64,000 bases of DNA from positions 70,680,001 to 70,744,000 of the forward strand of contig OX597816.1 of NCBI GenBank assembly GCA_951406725.2. Reading direction: 5' to 3'. The stretch comes from Octopus vulgaris (lineage: Eukaryota). Of the stretch, positions 11,291 through 24,418 are shown in pieces. The position numbers and the translations under genes were made by a program. Every line of letters begins with the position of its first letter. Position 1 is the first letter of the stretch. The notes under the pieces were generated by a model. It saw only the letters and a program-made list of their open reading frames with translations, ran no database searches and was not told where the DNA came from.

Positions 11291-12511
11291 GTGAGTATTT
11301 ACAAGTATTTTAAGCAAAACACTTGCTATATTAGATCAGCGGCCCTACCCAAAACTTTGAACTTTTCGTCTGCCTGTCTTCTTCTTCTTCTTCTTTTTCT
11401 TCTTTTTCTTCTTCTTTCTTTCTTTCTTCTTTCTTCCTTCTCCCTTCTTTCTTCTCCCTTCTTCACCACCACATCAGGCTAACGTTGCCCTTGTGGCAAA
11501 TATTTAAACGATTATCATTGCAAAACAAAGTAAAGAAATCATTAGTTGTAAAGTTACAACGAAAGACTGATCCTTAATAAAAACATGAATGCATATGTAT
11601 ATGTCTATATATGTATATATATTTATCTGTGTGTGTGTGTGTGTAGGTATGTATGTAGTACTACAGTGGAAGCCACTTATTGTGATCACTTTGAGGGCAA
11701 GGTCTGGCTTTTTTTTTTTATAGATAACCGGTTGATATGATTAAGAGGGGGGGATATAAATTTTTGAAGGTGTTCGGACCAGCTATTTTTTTTTTATAAC
11801 TATCACTTGATGGTACTTTGATTACCTTATCCGCGAATGTAATAAGCAGCTCTCATTGTATTCACAAACTAAAACCAAAGTGAACAACATATAACGGCTT
11901 TTATTAACTGTGACCAAACGATGAGTTTTGAGACAATCTTGAAATCATATATATATATATATATGTATATACATACACACATAAAAAAAATAATAAGTGC
12001 GTATTAGAAAGTATAGGGAAAACAAGCATAAAAATATTTCGAAACATGTTTTCTTTTAATGTATGATAAAAAAAAAATGTCTTGAGAAATTTAATTTATT
12101 GCATTATCTTTTACCTTTTGTTTTAAATTATATTAATCATTACAGATGTTATCTCAATCGAATTAACCCTTGTTGGGCTTCACTCTTCGATTTATTGATA
12201 CGCTCTCTATCTCTCTCTCTCCCTCTGGCACCGGCTACTACACGCCGGTTGGGAACTCCCGGGTTAGCCTCTACATACAAACACACACATCACGCGCACA
12301 CACAAACGCACTCATATATATATATAACTAGAACAGTGTCGACTGTGATTTCGAAGTTTCAGCCTGCTTAGCCTTGATCGGAGGCCGAAACTCCGAAGTC
12401 GTCTGTCAACATGATTCTTGCTAATTAATAATTATTTAACCTACATAAAGTATTGGGTAATCCTTCAGTTTAATGCAAAATTGTGCTTATCATAAACTCG
12501 ACACAAAAACA

Positions 12512-12576
<65 letters not shown>

Positions 12577-13288
12577 ATATATTAATGATTGGTAGGGAAG
12601 AAATAATTTGGGAGTGTATGTATAGCCCAAATCCATTTTACAATTTGTGTTGTTAAAGGTTGGCCACCTTTAAAGACTTTCTTGATATAACTTAGGATAT
12701 TTCTTATTAACGGCCGTGACTTGGCAAAATCGATAGAGACCTTGACTGATTAAATGCCTCTGTGATTGTTTTAATCCTGTTCTACTTTTCTGGGTTTTTA
12801 ATCCTTCTGAGATGAAGTCAAATATGGGTCTTTTCAATGACCGGTAACAATAAGTACCTGTTGTTAGTGTTGCTGAGCCACAGGTTTACTTCTGCTCGAA
12901 CCGAAGAGACGTGATCAAATGCGTTCCAGCCGTTAGGAAACCGTCCCTTTTTTTTCTTCTTTTTTTCTCAGATATAGCATATCTAACGCTTCGTTATTAG
13001 ATGTGCCCTTCCTGTTTGTAAGGTGTCAAGGTTTGTTTTGATCGAGATTTGGTTGCTAAAGTATAACGTCCCTCATAGGACCGTGTTCGTAGAGAGACCT
13101 GCTTCTCACTGAGAAATCTTATTGTTTTAGGCTTAACAAACAATATTCTTGCTGGAAATTCGAAATTCCAACCATACCTTTGAAACTAGGATGTAGTTTG
13201 ATAGATACAATATATATATATATATATATATAATCTGTAGATATAAAATTTATATATATGTATATATGCATGTCTGTCTATACATATA

Positions 13289-13347
<59 letters not shown>

Positions 13348-16108
13348 ACACAAACACACACAATATTATTCTAATATATTCTTTGATTTGGGTTTTTGTG
13401 TTCCTCTTTTACATTATTCATGTAGCTCTGCTTTCAAATCCATTGAGTCCTTGAGTAAACCTTTTTTTTTTTCACTGAAATGAATTCTTGTTTTATTTGA
13501 AATATATTTATCCTAGTGTTTGTAAGTGAATAAACTCATCTATCTTTAATATCTAATTTATTAATTAGATTTTTTTTTTTTTTAGATATTCCTATTTAAA
13601 TTAAAATACCATTTCTCTTCTAAACGATTATTTTTAGATGTTACTAATTCTTATGAAAACCTTTCCAGTCACTCTTGTAATATGTTTTGAAATTCTAGTT
13701 CTTGTTCTTCGATTTGTTATAGATTTAAAAAATAACGATCAAGTCTTCTAAAACAACACAACTAAACGCCTCTGTCTTGTCAGCTCTTGTTATTTCCAAG
13801 TCCATTCGGTTTCTGCATTCTTCCTTTTCTTGATTTTCTTCTTTCTCTCTATCTCTATCATTCAGTATTGCTATTTAAACCTCAGGTCAACAAAACTGCT
13901 ATTCAAAGAACTATGATGAAAAGCATTCCAGCCAGTTAAAGAGATATCTTAAAAAAATTTTTTTTAAATAGCCCACCCCTTTTCCACAACTGTAGGATGT
14001 GATCTGAAGAAACTTTGGCTGTTATTTCTAGCATGCTCAGTGACCATTTAGCGGTTCCCCCCTTTGCAGTATCTCATTCAGTATTATTTGTTAATAGCGG
14101 TAATAGCAGCAGCCGAAGAAGAACAAGGAGAAGACGTGGTAGTAGCGGCTGTATTTCTTTCTTTTTCTTCATCCTCTTTTATCCTTACAAAGAATTCCTT
14201 TAGATGGCTGGCTATTTTGATTTCCATCACGGAGCAATAGACTTCACATGTAAGCAATCATCGCTAGAAATACAACTGTCCCCTTCTGCTATATTCATTT
14301 CATTTTACTGAATGCCAAAGCGGGTGTGGTAGGAGAAACCCTTTTAAACAAGCAATTCATTTATTATTGGGGGTTTCATATTTTTTTAAGGTTCTATTTA
14401 TAACATTCTTCTGCATCAAAATTTATTTTGACACTTTTTTTATTTGCTTTTATTAGTTTTAAGTTTTGTTGCTTTCAACATCCCCCTCCGTTCTCTTTAT
14501 TAATTCCATCTTCACTTTTCCGCAAAAAAAAAAAAAATCATATTAAAGAAAAAATTACTAAAAACTAAGGAAAAGAAAAGAAACAGGCATTAACATATTA
14601 AGCAAATTTAAAATTCTGGTGTAATTCTACGAGTTTAAGCATTGTTAGGAAAAGCACAAAGGTCCAAGATTTATGTATCAAACACATATTAAAAAGCCAA
14701 TGAGAGAACCTCTACGTGGTCGCTCGATCTATTAGAAACACTAACTAAATCTCTTCAAATCACACATACTGACTTGAAAAAATAAATAAATAAAACACGT
14801 TGGATAACAAGCTCTTGGGGGGTCAGTTCCTTGCATATGAGAAAAGATGGGATGGTCTCGGTTGGAATGCTTTTGATTAAAATTCTGCTCGGTCAATATA
14901 GGCACGGGACTTGGAAATAATATGCCCCTTTTGTAAGAATTAAACAATAAACCCCTCTTTTGTTATCGTAGACACTAGAAGTGTCTGGGATGCTATCCTG
15001 TTGAAAACCCCGAATTTTCCTGAGTTCATCTTGAAGCCATAGCAATGTAAATAAATCCTATCAGGATTTATTTACATTACCATTTTAAGAACTAGCAAGA
15101 AAGCATCAACGGTCTACGACGACCATGATACCTGCTAGAAAAAGCAGCTAAATTTCTCACAACTCGCTCTCCTTACTGGCTTAGAATATCGAAGGATATA
15201 CTGTATTATGCTATTCTAAATAATGTGTGGCTAAAAAAAAAGAAAAAGAAAACAAATGACTGGACGGTGATAATCGGGATGTTTCTGATCTGCTGTTTCC
15301 ATTTTCCACTTTATCTCTACTGTTAACTTCACACACACAGATTTGGGTGAAACAAGGAAATGTTTTACTCTCAAGTTAGCCTTGATTGAGCGGAACTGGA
15401 TCAAAATCATTCCAACCATGACCATCTCGTCTCCTTACTACACCTTATGCGTCTAGGACCATGTTAATCCAATGTGTCCCTTTCTAGTTTAAGGAGTGTT
15501 GGGTCTAATTTGTGAGAGATTTTCATTTTTCTAGCAAGTTGAGTGCCCACATGGATGAGCTGTTACCAACCTGGGCCCACAGATCGCTAGGGATCCATAA
15601 AGTTAGTACAGGGCATCTGTAGGCTGTATTCAAAATTTTAAAAGGCTACAGTGTAAATTGAAGTGGGGAAAATGGTTACTGTTTGATAATCCAAATAGCT
15701 TATTGAGTATCCTTTTAGGCTGGGAGACTATGGAAGAATTCATTTAACCCTTTAGCATACAAATTATTCTGTTAAATGTAATCGTTACTTGCTCACATTG
15801 TTTTCAATTAATTTTGCATCACCTTGTAGCCTTCACATTTGAATGGTGTGACTGCTTATCTTTCAAATGATATTGTAAGGTAGGTGTGAGAAGCTGGATC
15901 TAGCAGGAAGAATATTTTGGTCTGATATGGCTGGTTTAAATGCTAAAGGGTTACATGGAAGGGTGTGTTGGTACTAAAGTGTTTGACAACTACTGATAAA
16001 GGCACTCCTTCACTGACTGCAGACAAGTACTGAGGATGATTACTTAGCTATACACATCTACTAAAGTGCTGTGGTCCTATGCTTATGGTAGATACTTTTA
16101 TTATTATT

Positions 16109-16660
16109 GAGTGAGAGAGCAGTGCATGCCATCAAAGTGACACTGGGGTAAAATATACAAAGCCCAATATACCCATCATGACTACCCGTCTGATAAGGGT
16201 TCACCACATGCATCACAAACATATGTGCGCGACATGGTGATCTCATATCAAGATAAACAGCACATGACCTTGCAGGTGGGGCCCAGTTAGAATTTTCTTC
16301 TGGTCGAGTAGCCCATCTCGCTCAAAAGGTCCCTGAATAAAGGTTGCTTAAGGATGTTGAATGAAACACCCATGTTTCCAAAGGTGAATTATCCAAACCT
16401 CCAAGAATTCCTCTCAACACATGGCTATGATGCTCCCCCACTACTCCTGTTCATGATCAGAGATGCACATATCGTCAGCCACTAAGGGACATGCTCAACT
16501 GATTAATGGCAAACAACTGACAAGCAAATCTGTGGTATTGAGTAGAATATTTGCTGTAGCCCATCTTTTATGCCAAGACAAAACAATGTACATGATAACA
16601 CTTCCTATCAGTTAAGATCAGCAGCCATGAGAGCCACTGCCTGGTACTGCATCAAGGCAT
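16109..16660 (-). mobile_element. ~545-bp non-coding element inserted in (AAT)n
   Basis: Colinear reverse complement of 55223-55765; (ATT)n on both sides. Confidence 0.8.
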
Positions 16661-18253
16661 TTATTATTATTATTATTATTATTATTCTTGTAAAAGCAGC
16701 AAGCAGGCAAAATCATAAGCATGCCAGACAAAATGCTTTGTTGTATTTCTTCCAGTTTTATATTCTGAGTTCAAATCCCACCAAGGTCGGCTTTGCTTTT
16801 CATCATTTCAGAGTCAATAGAATAAGTACCAGTTGAGTACTGGGGTTGATGTAATCGACTTACCCACTTCCTTGAGGTTGCTGGCCTTGTGCCAAATTCT
16901 GAAGTCATTATTGATGCTCTCATAACAAGCAGTGAGCAGGCAGAATGGTTACAACACTGGACAAAGTGCATCGTAGTATTTCTTCTGACTTTACATTCTG
17001 AGTTCAGATTCTGCCACTGTCAACTTTGCCTTTCATCTTTCTGGGGTCAATAAAATAAGTACCAGTTGAATACTGGGGTTGATGTAATTGACTCTCCCCC
17101 AATTGCCGGGCCTTGTGCCAATAGTAGAAAGAATTATTAGTGTTGTCATAGACTGTGAGTTGGCAGAATGATTAGTGCATCAGAAAAAAATGCCTTATGG
17201 TATTTCTTTTGCTGCCTTAATTAACCCTTTCATAACCAGCCCAGCTGAAACTTGCTCTGAGTACAAATGTCTTGTTTCCATAAGTTTTTAATTAAAATCT
17301 TCCACCAAACCTTAGTCACAATTTATGTTCCTAATATGAGCTTAATGATAACTAAATTATTTTACTAAAGTAATTGAAAGAAACGCAGAGCATCTCAAAA
17401 TAAATACATTAACAAAAAGGTTAAATACTGAATTCAAATCTTGTTGGGGCCAGTTTTGCCTTCCATCCCTCTGGGGTTTATAAAACAAAGTACCAATCTA
17501 ATACTGTGGAGGCACATGGCTTAATGGTTAGGGTGTTGGGCTTGAGATCATAAAATTGTAGTTTCGATTCCTGGACCTGGTGACACGTGTTCTTGAGCAA
17601 AACACTTCATTTCACGTTGCTCCAGTCCACTCAGCTGGCAAAATTGAGTAATCCTGTGATGGATCAGCATTCCATCCAGGGACAAATATATACACCAGAG
17701 AAACTAGGAAACCAGCCCTATGCTCCTTACAGAGTAATGTGGACTTATCAACCTCCAATCTAATAATACTGGTCCTCCCCACTCCCCTCAAATTTGCTAG
17801 CTTTGTGTCTGTCTTTAATCTTTAACTTTGTTTTAACCATTTGACTGTGGCCATGCTGGGGCACTGCCTCAGTTTTAGTAAAATGAATCAACCCAGGACT
17901 ACCATTTTTTAAGCTTGGTACTAATTCTGTTGGTCTCTTTTGCCAAACTGCTAAGTTATGGGAATGTAAATACACTGACGCCGGTTGTCAAATGATGTGT
18001 GGTGGTGGTGGAGGTGACAAACAGACACATACACACACACACACTCATAGATATGTACATATACATGTATATCAAGGGCTTTTCCAGTTTCCATCTACCA
18101 AATCTACTAACAAGGCTTTGGTCGGCCTGAGGCTATAGTAGAAGACACTTGCCCAAGGTGCCACACAGTTAGACTGAACCATGTGATTGGGAAGCAAGCT
18201 TCTTATCACCCAGCCACGCCTGTGCCTATAAATCAGAAACAATTATTAATATT

Positions 18254-18483
18254 AGGCGAGCTGGTAGAAACGTTAGCACGTTGGCAAAATGCTTAGCGGT
18301 ATTTCATCTGCTGCTACGTTCTGAGTTCAAATTCCGCTGAGGTTGACTTAGCCTTTCATCTTTTTGGGGTCGATTAAATAAGTACTAGTTACACACTTGG
18401 GTCGATGTAATCAACTTAATCCGTTTGTCTCTCCTTGTTTGTCCCCTCTATGTTTAGCCACTTGTGGGCAATAAAGAAATAAG
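18254..18483 (+). mobile_element. Meta-like SINE
   Basis: Same body as 1768-1998; TSD AACAATTATTAATATT on both sides. Confidence 0.85.
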
Positions 18484-18936
18484 TAACAATTATTAATATT
18501 TTTTAGAAAACTAATTCTAAAAAGGTACAACCCATTTTCTTCCTTATTCTACAGTATTTTATGTGGCCAACCAATTGCATTTAACATCATCTAACTGTGG
18601 TACATATTAAATTATTGAAACATTTGTTAATCACATGTAAAGTTTTTAAATTTATGGCTATGATCAAGATGTTTGCTTCCCAACAACATGGTTTGGGGTT
18701 CAGTCCCACTGTGTGGTACCTTGGGCAGGTGTATTCCACTAAAGTATTGGGTCAACAAAAGTCTTGTGAGTGTATTTGGTGGACAGAAGTTCATTGTGTG
18801 TGTGTGTATGTATATATATATGTGTGTGTATGTATGAGGTGGGTGCTGAAAAGTTCTAGGTTTAAAAGACATAAAAAGAGCTGTTACTTTTACAAGTGGG
18901 GTAGGACAACTATTTATATGTATGTATGCATAATTA

Positions 18937-19306
18937 TCTCTCTATATATAAGCAGCAAAATATCTGTCTGTGTGTGTGTTCTTTATACAAATCCACAATT
19001 TTTCAGTTAGAGGGCTCGCACTTTCTATGGTCATTCAAAACCGTCCAAGGGTGGTCGTGCACTTCTTTACATTTCCCCAGTCACCCCGCAAAGCCATTAA
19101 AAAAAATCAATAGAAGTGACTTTTTTGTGAATTTTCTATCCAAAACCCAATCAAAATGCCCGAAACTTGATACGCCAATTGAATGCCAGCTAGCTGTACG
19201 TGATTGGTCGGAGATTTGGGCAGTACTCGCGTGTATGTGCGCACGCACGCAGCTGTATATGCATGCACTAGCACTATGACCTGACATTGCCGGGTCATAG
19301 TGCTAG
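18937..19306 (+). mobile_element. Non-autonomous Helitron, family B
   Basis: A|TCTCTCTATATATAA start and a terminal palindrome ending in CTAG|T. A second copy lies at 30093-30440. Confidence 0.75.
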
Positions 19307-19307
19307 T

Positions 19308-19648
19308 ATAAGGTGTGTTATGAGGATTTATAGAACATGTATCCTATAGAAACTCAACAAGATGTTAAAAATTTGAAAATAATTTAATCCAGTCATGATT
19401 GTTTTGAACAGCAATATTAACATGTAACATGGTAGAAAAATTAGAAATTAATTTAATTAAAATCAAATTAATTACATACTACTGTAATATGTAATTAATT
19501 TAATTTTAATTAAATTAATTTCTAATTTTTCTACCATGTTATTTACATATCAATATTGCTGTTCTAAACGATCGTATGACTGGATTAAATTATTTTCAGA
19601 TTTTTAACATCCTGTTGAGTCTCTATAAATCTTCATAACACTCCTTAT
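19308..19648. repeat. Older imperfect inverted repeat (~165-bp arms, centre ~19483), possibly Penelope-derived
   Basis: Arms align by eye, e.g. TAACATGGTAGAAAAATTAGAAATTAATTTAATTAAAAT against its reverse complement at ~19503-19541. Decayed CTGATG...GAAA motifs follow at 19686 and 19792. Confidence 0.8.
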
Positions 19649-19879
19649 CCTTGTAGCATTTTCATATTCATACAACAGCAAGCTACTGATGAAATGTGAA
19701 GAATCTTTATTAGAAATTGCCCTTTGGAACCGTCCAAATTAAAGGATGAAATAGAATTCAACCTTTTTTCACATGTGTGTGTATTTTAAAACTGATGTAA
19801 TACTTACAGGGTTTAATAAAATGAAGTATCATGAAACAATTGTACTACTCTACCTTGGATATCCTTGTTGCTTATTTTG

Positions 19880-19914
<35 letters not shown>

Positions 19915-20457
19915 GTATATATATATATATATATACATATATCTGTATATATATCATCATCACCGTTGTTTAATGTCCATTTCCATGCATGCATGGCCAA
20001 GTAGAAAATCTACCCAAGGCTACTGTGTCTGTTTTGGCAGGGATTTTACAGCTGGATGCCCTTCCTAATACCAACCACTCCGCAGAGTGGACTCAGTGCT
20101 TTTTATGTGGCACTAGCACAGGCAAAATTAGTTTTGGCAAGATTTTTACAGCTGGATGCCCTTCCAGATACCAACCATGTTACAGTATTGATTGGATGCT
20201 TTTATCTTGGCACCAGCACTGGCAGGGTAACCAAGTAATTCACAAGACAGGGAATTATTGGAGGGGCAGGGCATTTGTGTCAGAGGGTCAAAGTTTAGAT
20301 TGTGATAAAGAAACAGAAGCAGATGTATTGCTGCAACAGAGGGGGCATTAGAAGAGGAGATCCAATATCAAATGATGAAAGGTTAGAGTTTAACAGAGAA
20401 ATAGAGAGGCAGAAATAGATGTCTTGCTCTAGAGAAGGTACATGATTACCCAGAGAG

Positions 20458-20755
20458 AGAGTATTTCTTTATTCACCATAAGGTTGAGAAAAAGAGTGGA
20501 CAATATGAGAACAGACAAAACAAACATTGGGGTCAGGGTATCGAATGAGACAAAACGTATGAATAAACAAACAAAATATATACAATTAAATGAGAATGAG
20601 TGATTAACAAAAAATGAAGCGGAGGATGCGGTTGACCCCACAAACCACATACTCACACTGAAGACTTTGCTCTCTCATTTAAACAGGTTCTTTCACTCGC
20701 AACATACTTGATATATACTTCCATCTTTTACGAAACACACTTTGCAGAGAGGTAT
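20458..20755 (-). mobile_element. Tx1/L1-like LINE 3' end (a related tail lies at ~49640-49800 on +)
   Basis: Minus strand has ...FRKRWKYISSML..., a T-rich 3' UTR and the terminal TTTGTCTG...CCTTATGGTGAATAAAGAAATA. Confidence 0.45.
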
Positions 20756-21745
20756 GGTGATACTTGGTTACCTAGTCAGAGGAAAAACAAGAAGAGAGAG
20801 AGAGAGAGAGTAAACAAAGTGAAAGAGAGTGAATAGGAAACAGCAAAACTGTTAGAGAGAGAGCAAAAGAGAGATGGTGTAGTGCTAGGGTTTACTCACA
20901 AGTAACAAGAATATGAACGTAAAACCTGGTTAGAAAAATAGGGGGTGGGTATGGGTGTTAGGGATTTGGGGAGCAGTGATACAGTGAGCATGGTTTGAGG
21001 GCATAATGTATGAAGAGGAAATATGAGGAAGAGAAAGGTGCAATTAGAAGAGGAGGAGTTGTAGTTTGATTTCTTAGGGTATGCATACATACATACATAC
21101 AAATAGTTGTCCTACCTCTCTTGTAAAGGTAACAGCTCTGTTCTTTTGATACCCTTAAAGCCAGGAACTTTTCAGTACCCCCTTATGTATGTGTACACAT
21201 GTGTTTGTCTCCTTGGATTGATATTATGATAGTTGTAAACGAGTGTCATTGTTATACAAGTGGTGTCCTTCGTTTTCGACCTAGCACTGAAACATGTCCA
21301 GGCAAGTTCATTTGGCTATGGGAAAAAAAAGCTTCCTCAAGAATTTCCTTCTGACACATGCAAGCATGGAAAATTAGACATTAAACCAGTGATAATGTTG
21401 ATGAAAAATCAATTTTTGTTTTGCAAAAATAGACATTCCTCTCTATGGAAACAGTTTCTTTAAGAATATTTAGTTTTTTAATTGAAAAAAAAAACAAGAA
21501 AGAATCTCATTCTTTTATTCTACCTTTGAAAAAAGAAATGCGCCCTCTATGCAAAATTCCAGCACAGAAGAACTAGAGCTTTCAACTGAGATGTTGGATG
21601 GATGGATGGATACATACATACACACACATGTATATACATGTATGCATGCATACATAAACATTCTCTCACACTATTTTATATATGATAACATTTTTTTAAT
21701 TACTATATATTTATAGATATAAAATGTATATGTATATATATATAT

Positions 21746-23121
21746 AGTTAGTTAGTTAGTTAATTTGGCTCAAAAGCAAATAGCAAGGCCATGTAGGGGG
21801 ACATGGAGTTAAGTACAGGGTGGTGTTCATGTAAAGAGTTCAGGCCACTTGAGGTCCAGGGAGGCTTTGAACAAAGCGGTCGTCGGCATCTTCACCATCT
21901 CATCTGGCAGCTTGTTCCACGGATCCGCAACCCGGACGGAGAAAGCTCCTCTCCTTCGATTGAGATGAAATCGTCGCAGGTAGAGCTTTTCGGAATGACC
22001 CCGCAGCCGACGCTCCGGTGCAGGAGTGAAGAACAGCTCTTTCGAGAGGTTACACTTCCCGCTTATGATGTTGTGGGCGAGAATGAGATCACCACGGCGG
22101 CGGCGTTTTTCAAGAGAATAAAGGTCGAGCGTCCTCAGCCTTTCTTCGTAGGACAAATTTTTGAGACCATGAACCAGGCGGGTAGCCAGCCTCTGGACTC
22201 TTTCGAGGTGCTGTATGTCTTTGAGGAGATAAGGAGAAGAGGCTTGAATCCCATACTCCAATATGGGTCTCACCAGCGTGACATAGAGTGGCAGGAATAT
22301 GGCTGCTGTGAGCACTCCGAATGACCGTCGAATCAAAAACAGAATTCCGCGCGCTTTGTTGGCAGCATGGACGCACTGGGCCGAAGGCGAAAAGGAGGAA
22401 TCCACCAAGATACCCAGGTCCTTTACCTGATCGGTCCTCTCCAGCAGCAGACGACCCGGCTCGAAATCAAGTTGAGTTGTAGGAGTAGAGCCGACAGGCA
22501 GATGACAGCACTTTGACACGTTCAGACACAGGTCCCAATCGTTAGACCACTTCCAAATTTGGTGGAGGCATCGACGAAGATCCTCTATACTACCGCGAGG
22601 AGCAACCAGTTTGATATCGTCGGCAAATAGAAGGGTGTGTTGCGTGAGGTCGTCGGGCAAGTCATTTATGAAGACTAAGAACAACAAGAGCCCAAGCACT
22701 GAACCTTGAGGCACGCCACTGCTCGCACTGGAGACGTCGGACCGCGAACCATTAACTTGAACTTGGAAGGAGCGATCTGAGAGGAAGGCACCAACCCATC
22801 GTACAATATCCGGATGGAAACTATATGCTTGAAGCTTGACAAGTAGTAGGCGGTGGTTTACTGAGTCAAAAGCTTTGGCAAAGTCCAATAAAATGATGTC
22901 AACAGCATCACTATCATCGAGGATGCGCGTCACCAATTCTTCCATTACTAGTAAGTTGGTCAAGCATGATCTCTTCGGCACGAAGCCGTGTTGGGAATCA
23001 GTGATCGAGGCTGTGCTTAGGAGGTGGAGCATCATACTTTTCTTAAGGATGGTTTCGAACATCTTGCTGATTATTGATGTAAGGGAAACCGGTCGGTAGT
23101 TAAGCGGGTCTTCGCGGCTCC
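21746..23121 (-). mobile_element. 5'-truncated CR1-group LINE with an open reverse transcriptase frame
   Basis: ORF 21827-23233 contains NYRPVSLTS, QHGF, LDFAKAFDSV, GVPQGSVLG, LFADD, KDLGI, LERVQR and WNKLP. It has a short 3' UTR and a (TAAC)n tail. The residues upstream of ~23121 are flanking microsatellite. Confidence 0.93.
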
Positions 23122-23419
23122 TATATATCACAAACATATATGTGTGTGCGTGTATGTATGCACATATATATATATTTATGTGTATGTTTGTCAGTATATG
23201 TGTAGAAACCATATCCATATGTTTAATAAACATATAGCTTTTAGTAACCTGGAATTCAGTTCGATCCCCTTTCCAAGTTTTTCAAGGTCCCTGTGGTTTA
23301 ATCATGGCTACTATTTTCACAGTGAAATCAGTGTATGTTTATTAAACATATGGATATGACTCTATATACATATTTGCTCATGACCCATGTTGTTCTAGTG
23401 CTCTACAGCTGTAGAAGCC

Positions 23420-23650
23420 ATGTAAAAGAGTGGTGCTGTTAAGCAAGGGGCAAGTTAGTCACAAATTTAACTAGGAATTTAACATGCATGTAGGTGTCCA
23501 GCAGGGTTGATTCTCAGCCCCTTTCTGTTTATTTATAGTTCTAGAGAATGTAACGGATGGGATGACGTCTGGCTGTCCATGGAAACTTATGTATGTTAGT
23601 AACCTAGTTCAGTAAGAGAATTAGAGGAAAATTTCCAACTTGAATGCAAT
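23420..23650 (+). mobile_element. Degraded RTE/RTE-X reverse transcriptase fragment
   Basis: Broken frames resembling VGVHQGS.LSP.LF..VLE...SGCPW.LMY..DLV. Confidence 0.55.
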
Positions 23651-23806
23651 CTTTTTTGAATAAGTCCAAGATCTTTGGTAACTAGCATCAAAGCCAGACA
23701 GTTGTTGTGCTGATGAGGGCTGTTGAGCAGTGTGGTTCAGAAGTTGCTTACTAACCATGTGCTTGTGAGTTCAGCCCTACTGGGCAATATCTTTTACAAC
23801 AGTACC

Positions 23807-24027
23807 TATTTCTTTACTACCCACAAGGGGCTAAACAGAGAGGACAAACAAACGGATTAAGTCAATTATATCGACCCCAGTGCGTAACTGGTACTTATTT
23901 TATTGACCCCGAAAGGATGAAAGGCAAAGTCGACCACGGCGGAATTTGAACTCAGAACGTAGCGGCAGACGAAATACCGCTAAGCATTCTGTCCGGCATG
24001 CTAATGTTTCTGCCAGCTCGCCGCCTT
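23807..24027 (-). mobile_element. Meta-like SINE inserted in a CORE-like SINE
   Basis: Reverse complement of the family; TSD AACAGTACC. Confidence 0.85.
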
Positions 24028-24365
24028 AACAGTACCAGGCCAATATGAAGCCTTCAGAGTGGATTTGGTCAATGGAAGCCGAAAGAAACCTATTGTATGT
24101 ATGTACGTATGTATGCATGCATGCATATGTGTTTGTGTGACTCCTCATCTTGACATAGTTGTAAATGTCATACAAGTGGTATCATTTGTTTCCAATCTCC
24201 CATGGAAGCATCTCCAGCCATGGGGAAATTTACCTTACTTCGAAACAAGCAAGGGTCGGTGACAGTAAGGGCATCGAACCGTTGACCAATTGAAACATCA
24301 AGAGGTGTCCACAACGAGAGGTAAAACAATGATGATGTTCCAAGCTCCCTTGTTTTAGATGAGTA

Positions 24366-24418
<53 letters not shown>

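Noticed and set aside
11291-11482. Hydrophobic C-terminal extension of ORF 11126-11482, suggesting a membrane protein
   Set aside because: It lies beyond the GTGAGT donor and comes from a (CTT)n-rich intronic tract.
21803-22324. 173-aa + strand ORF
   Set aside because: It is the antisense shadow of the CR1-group RT frame.
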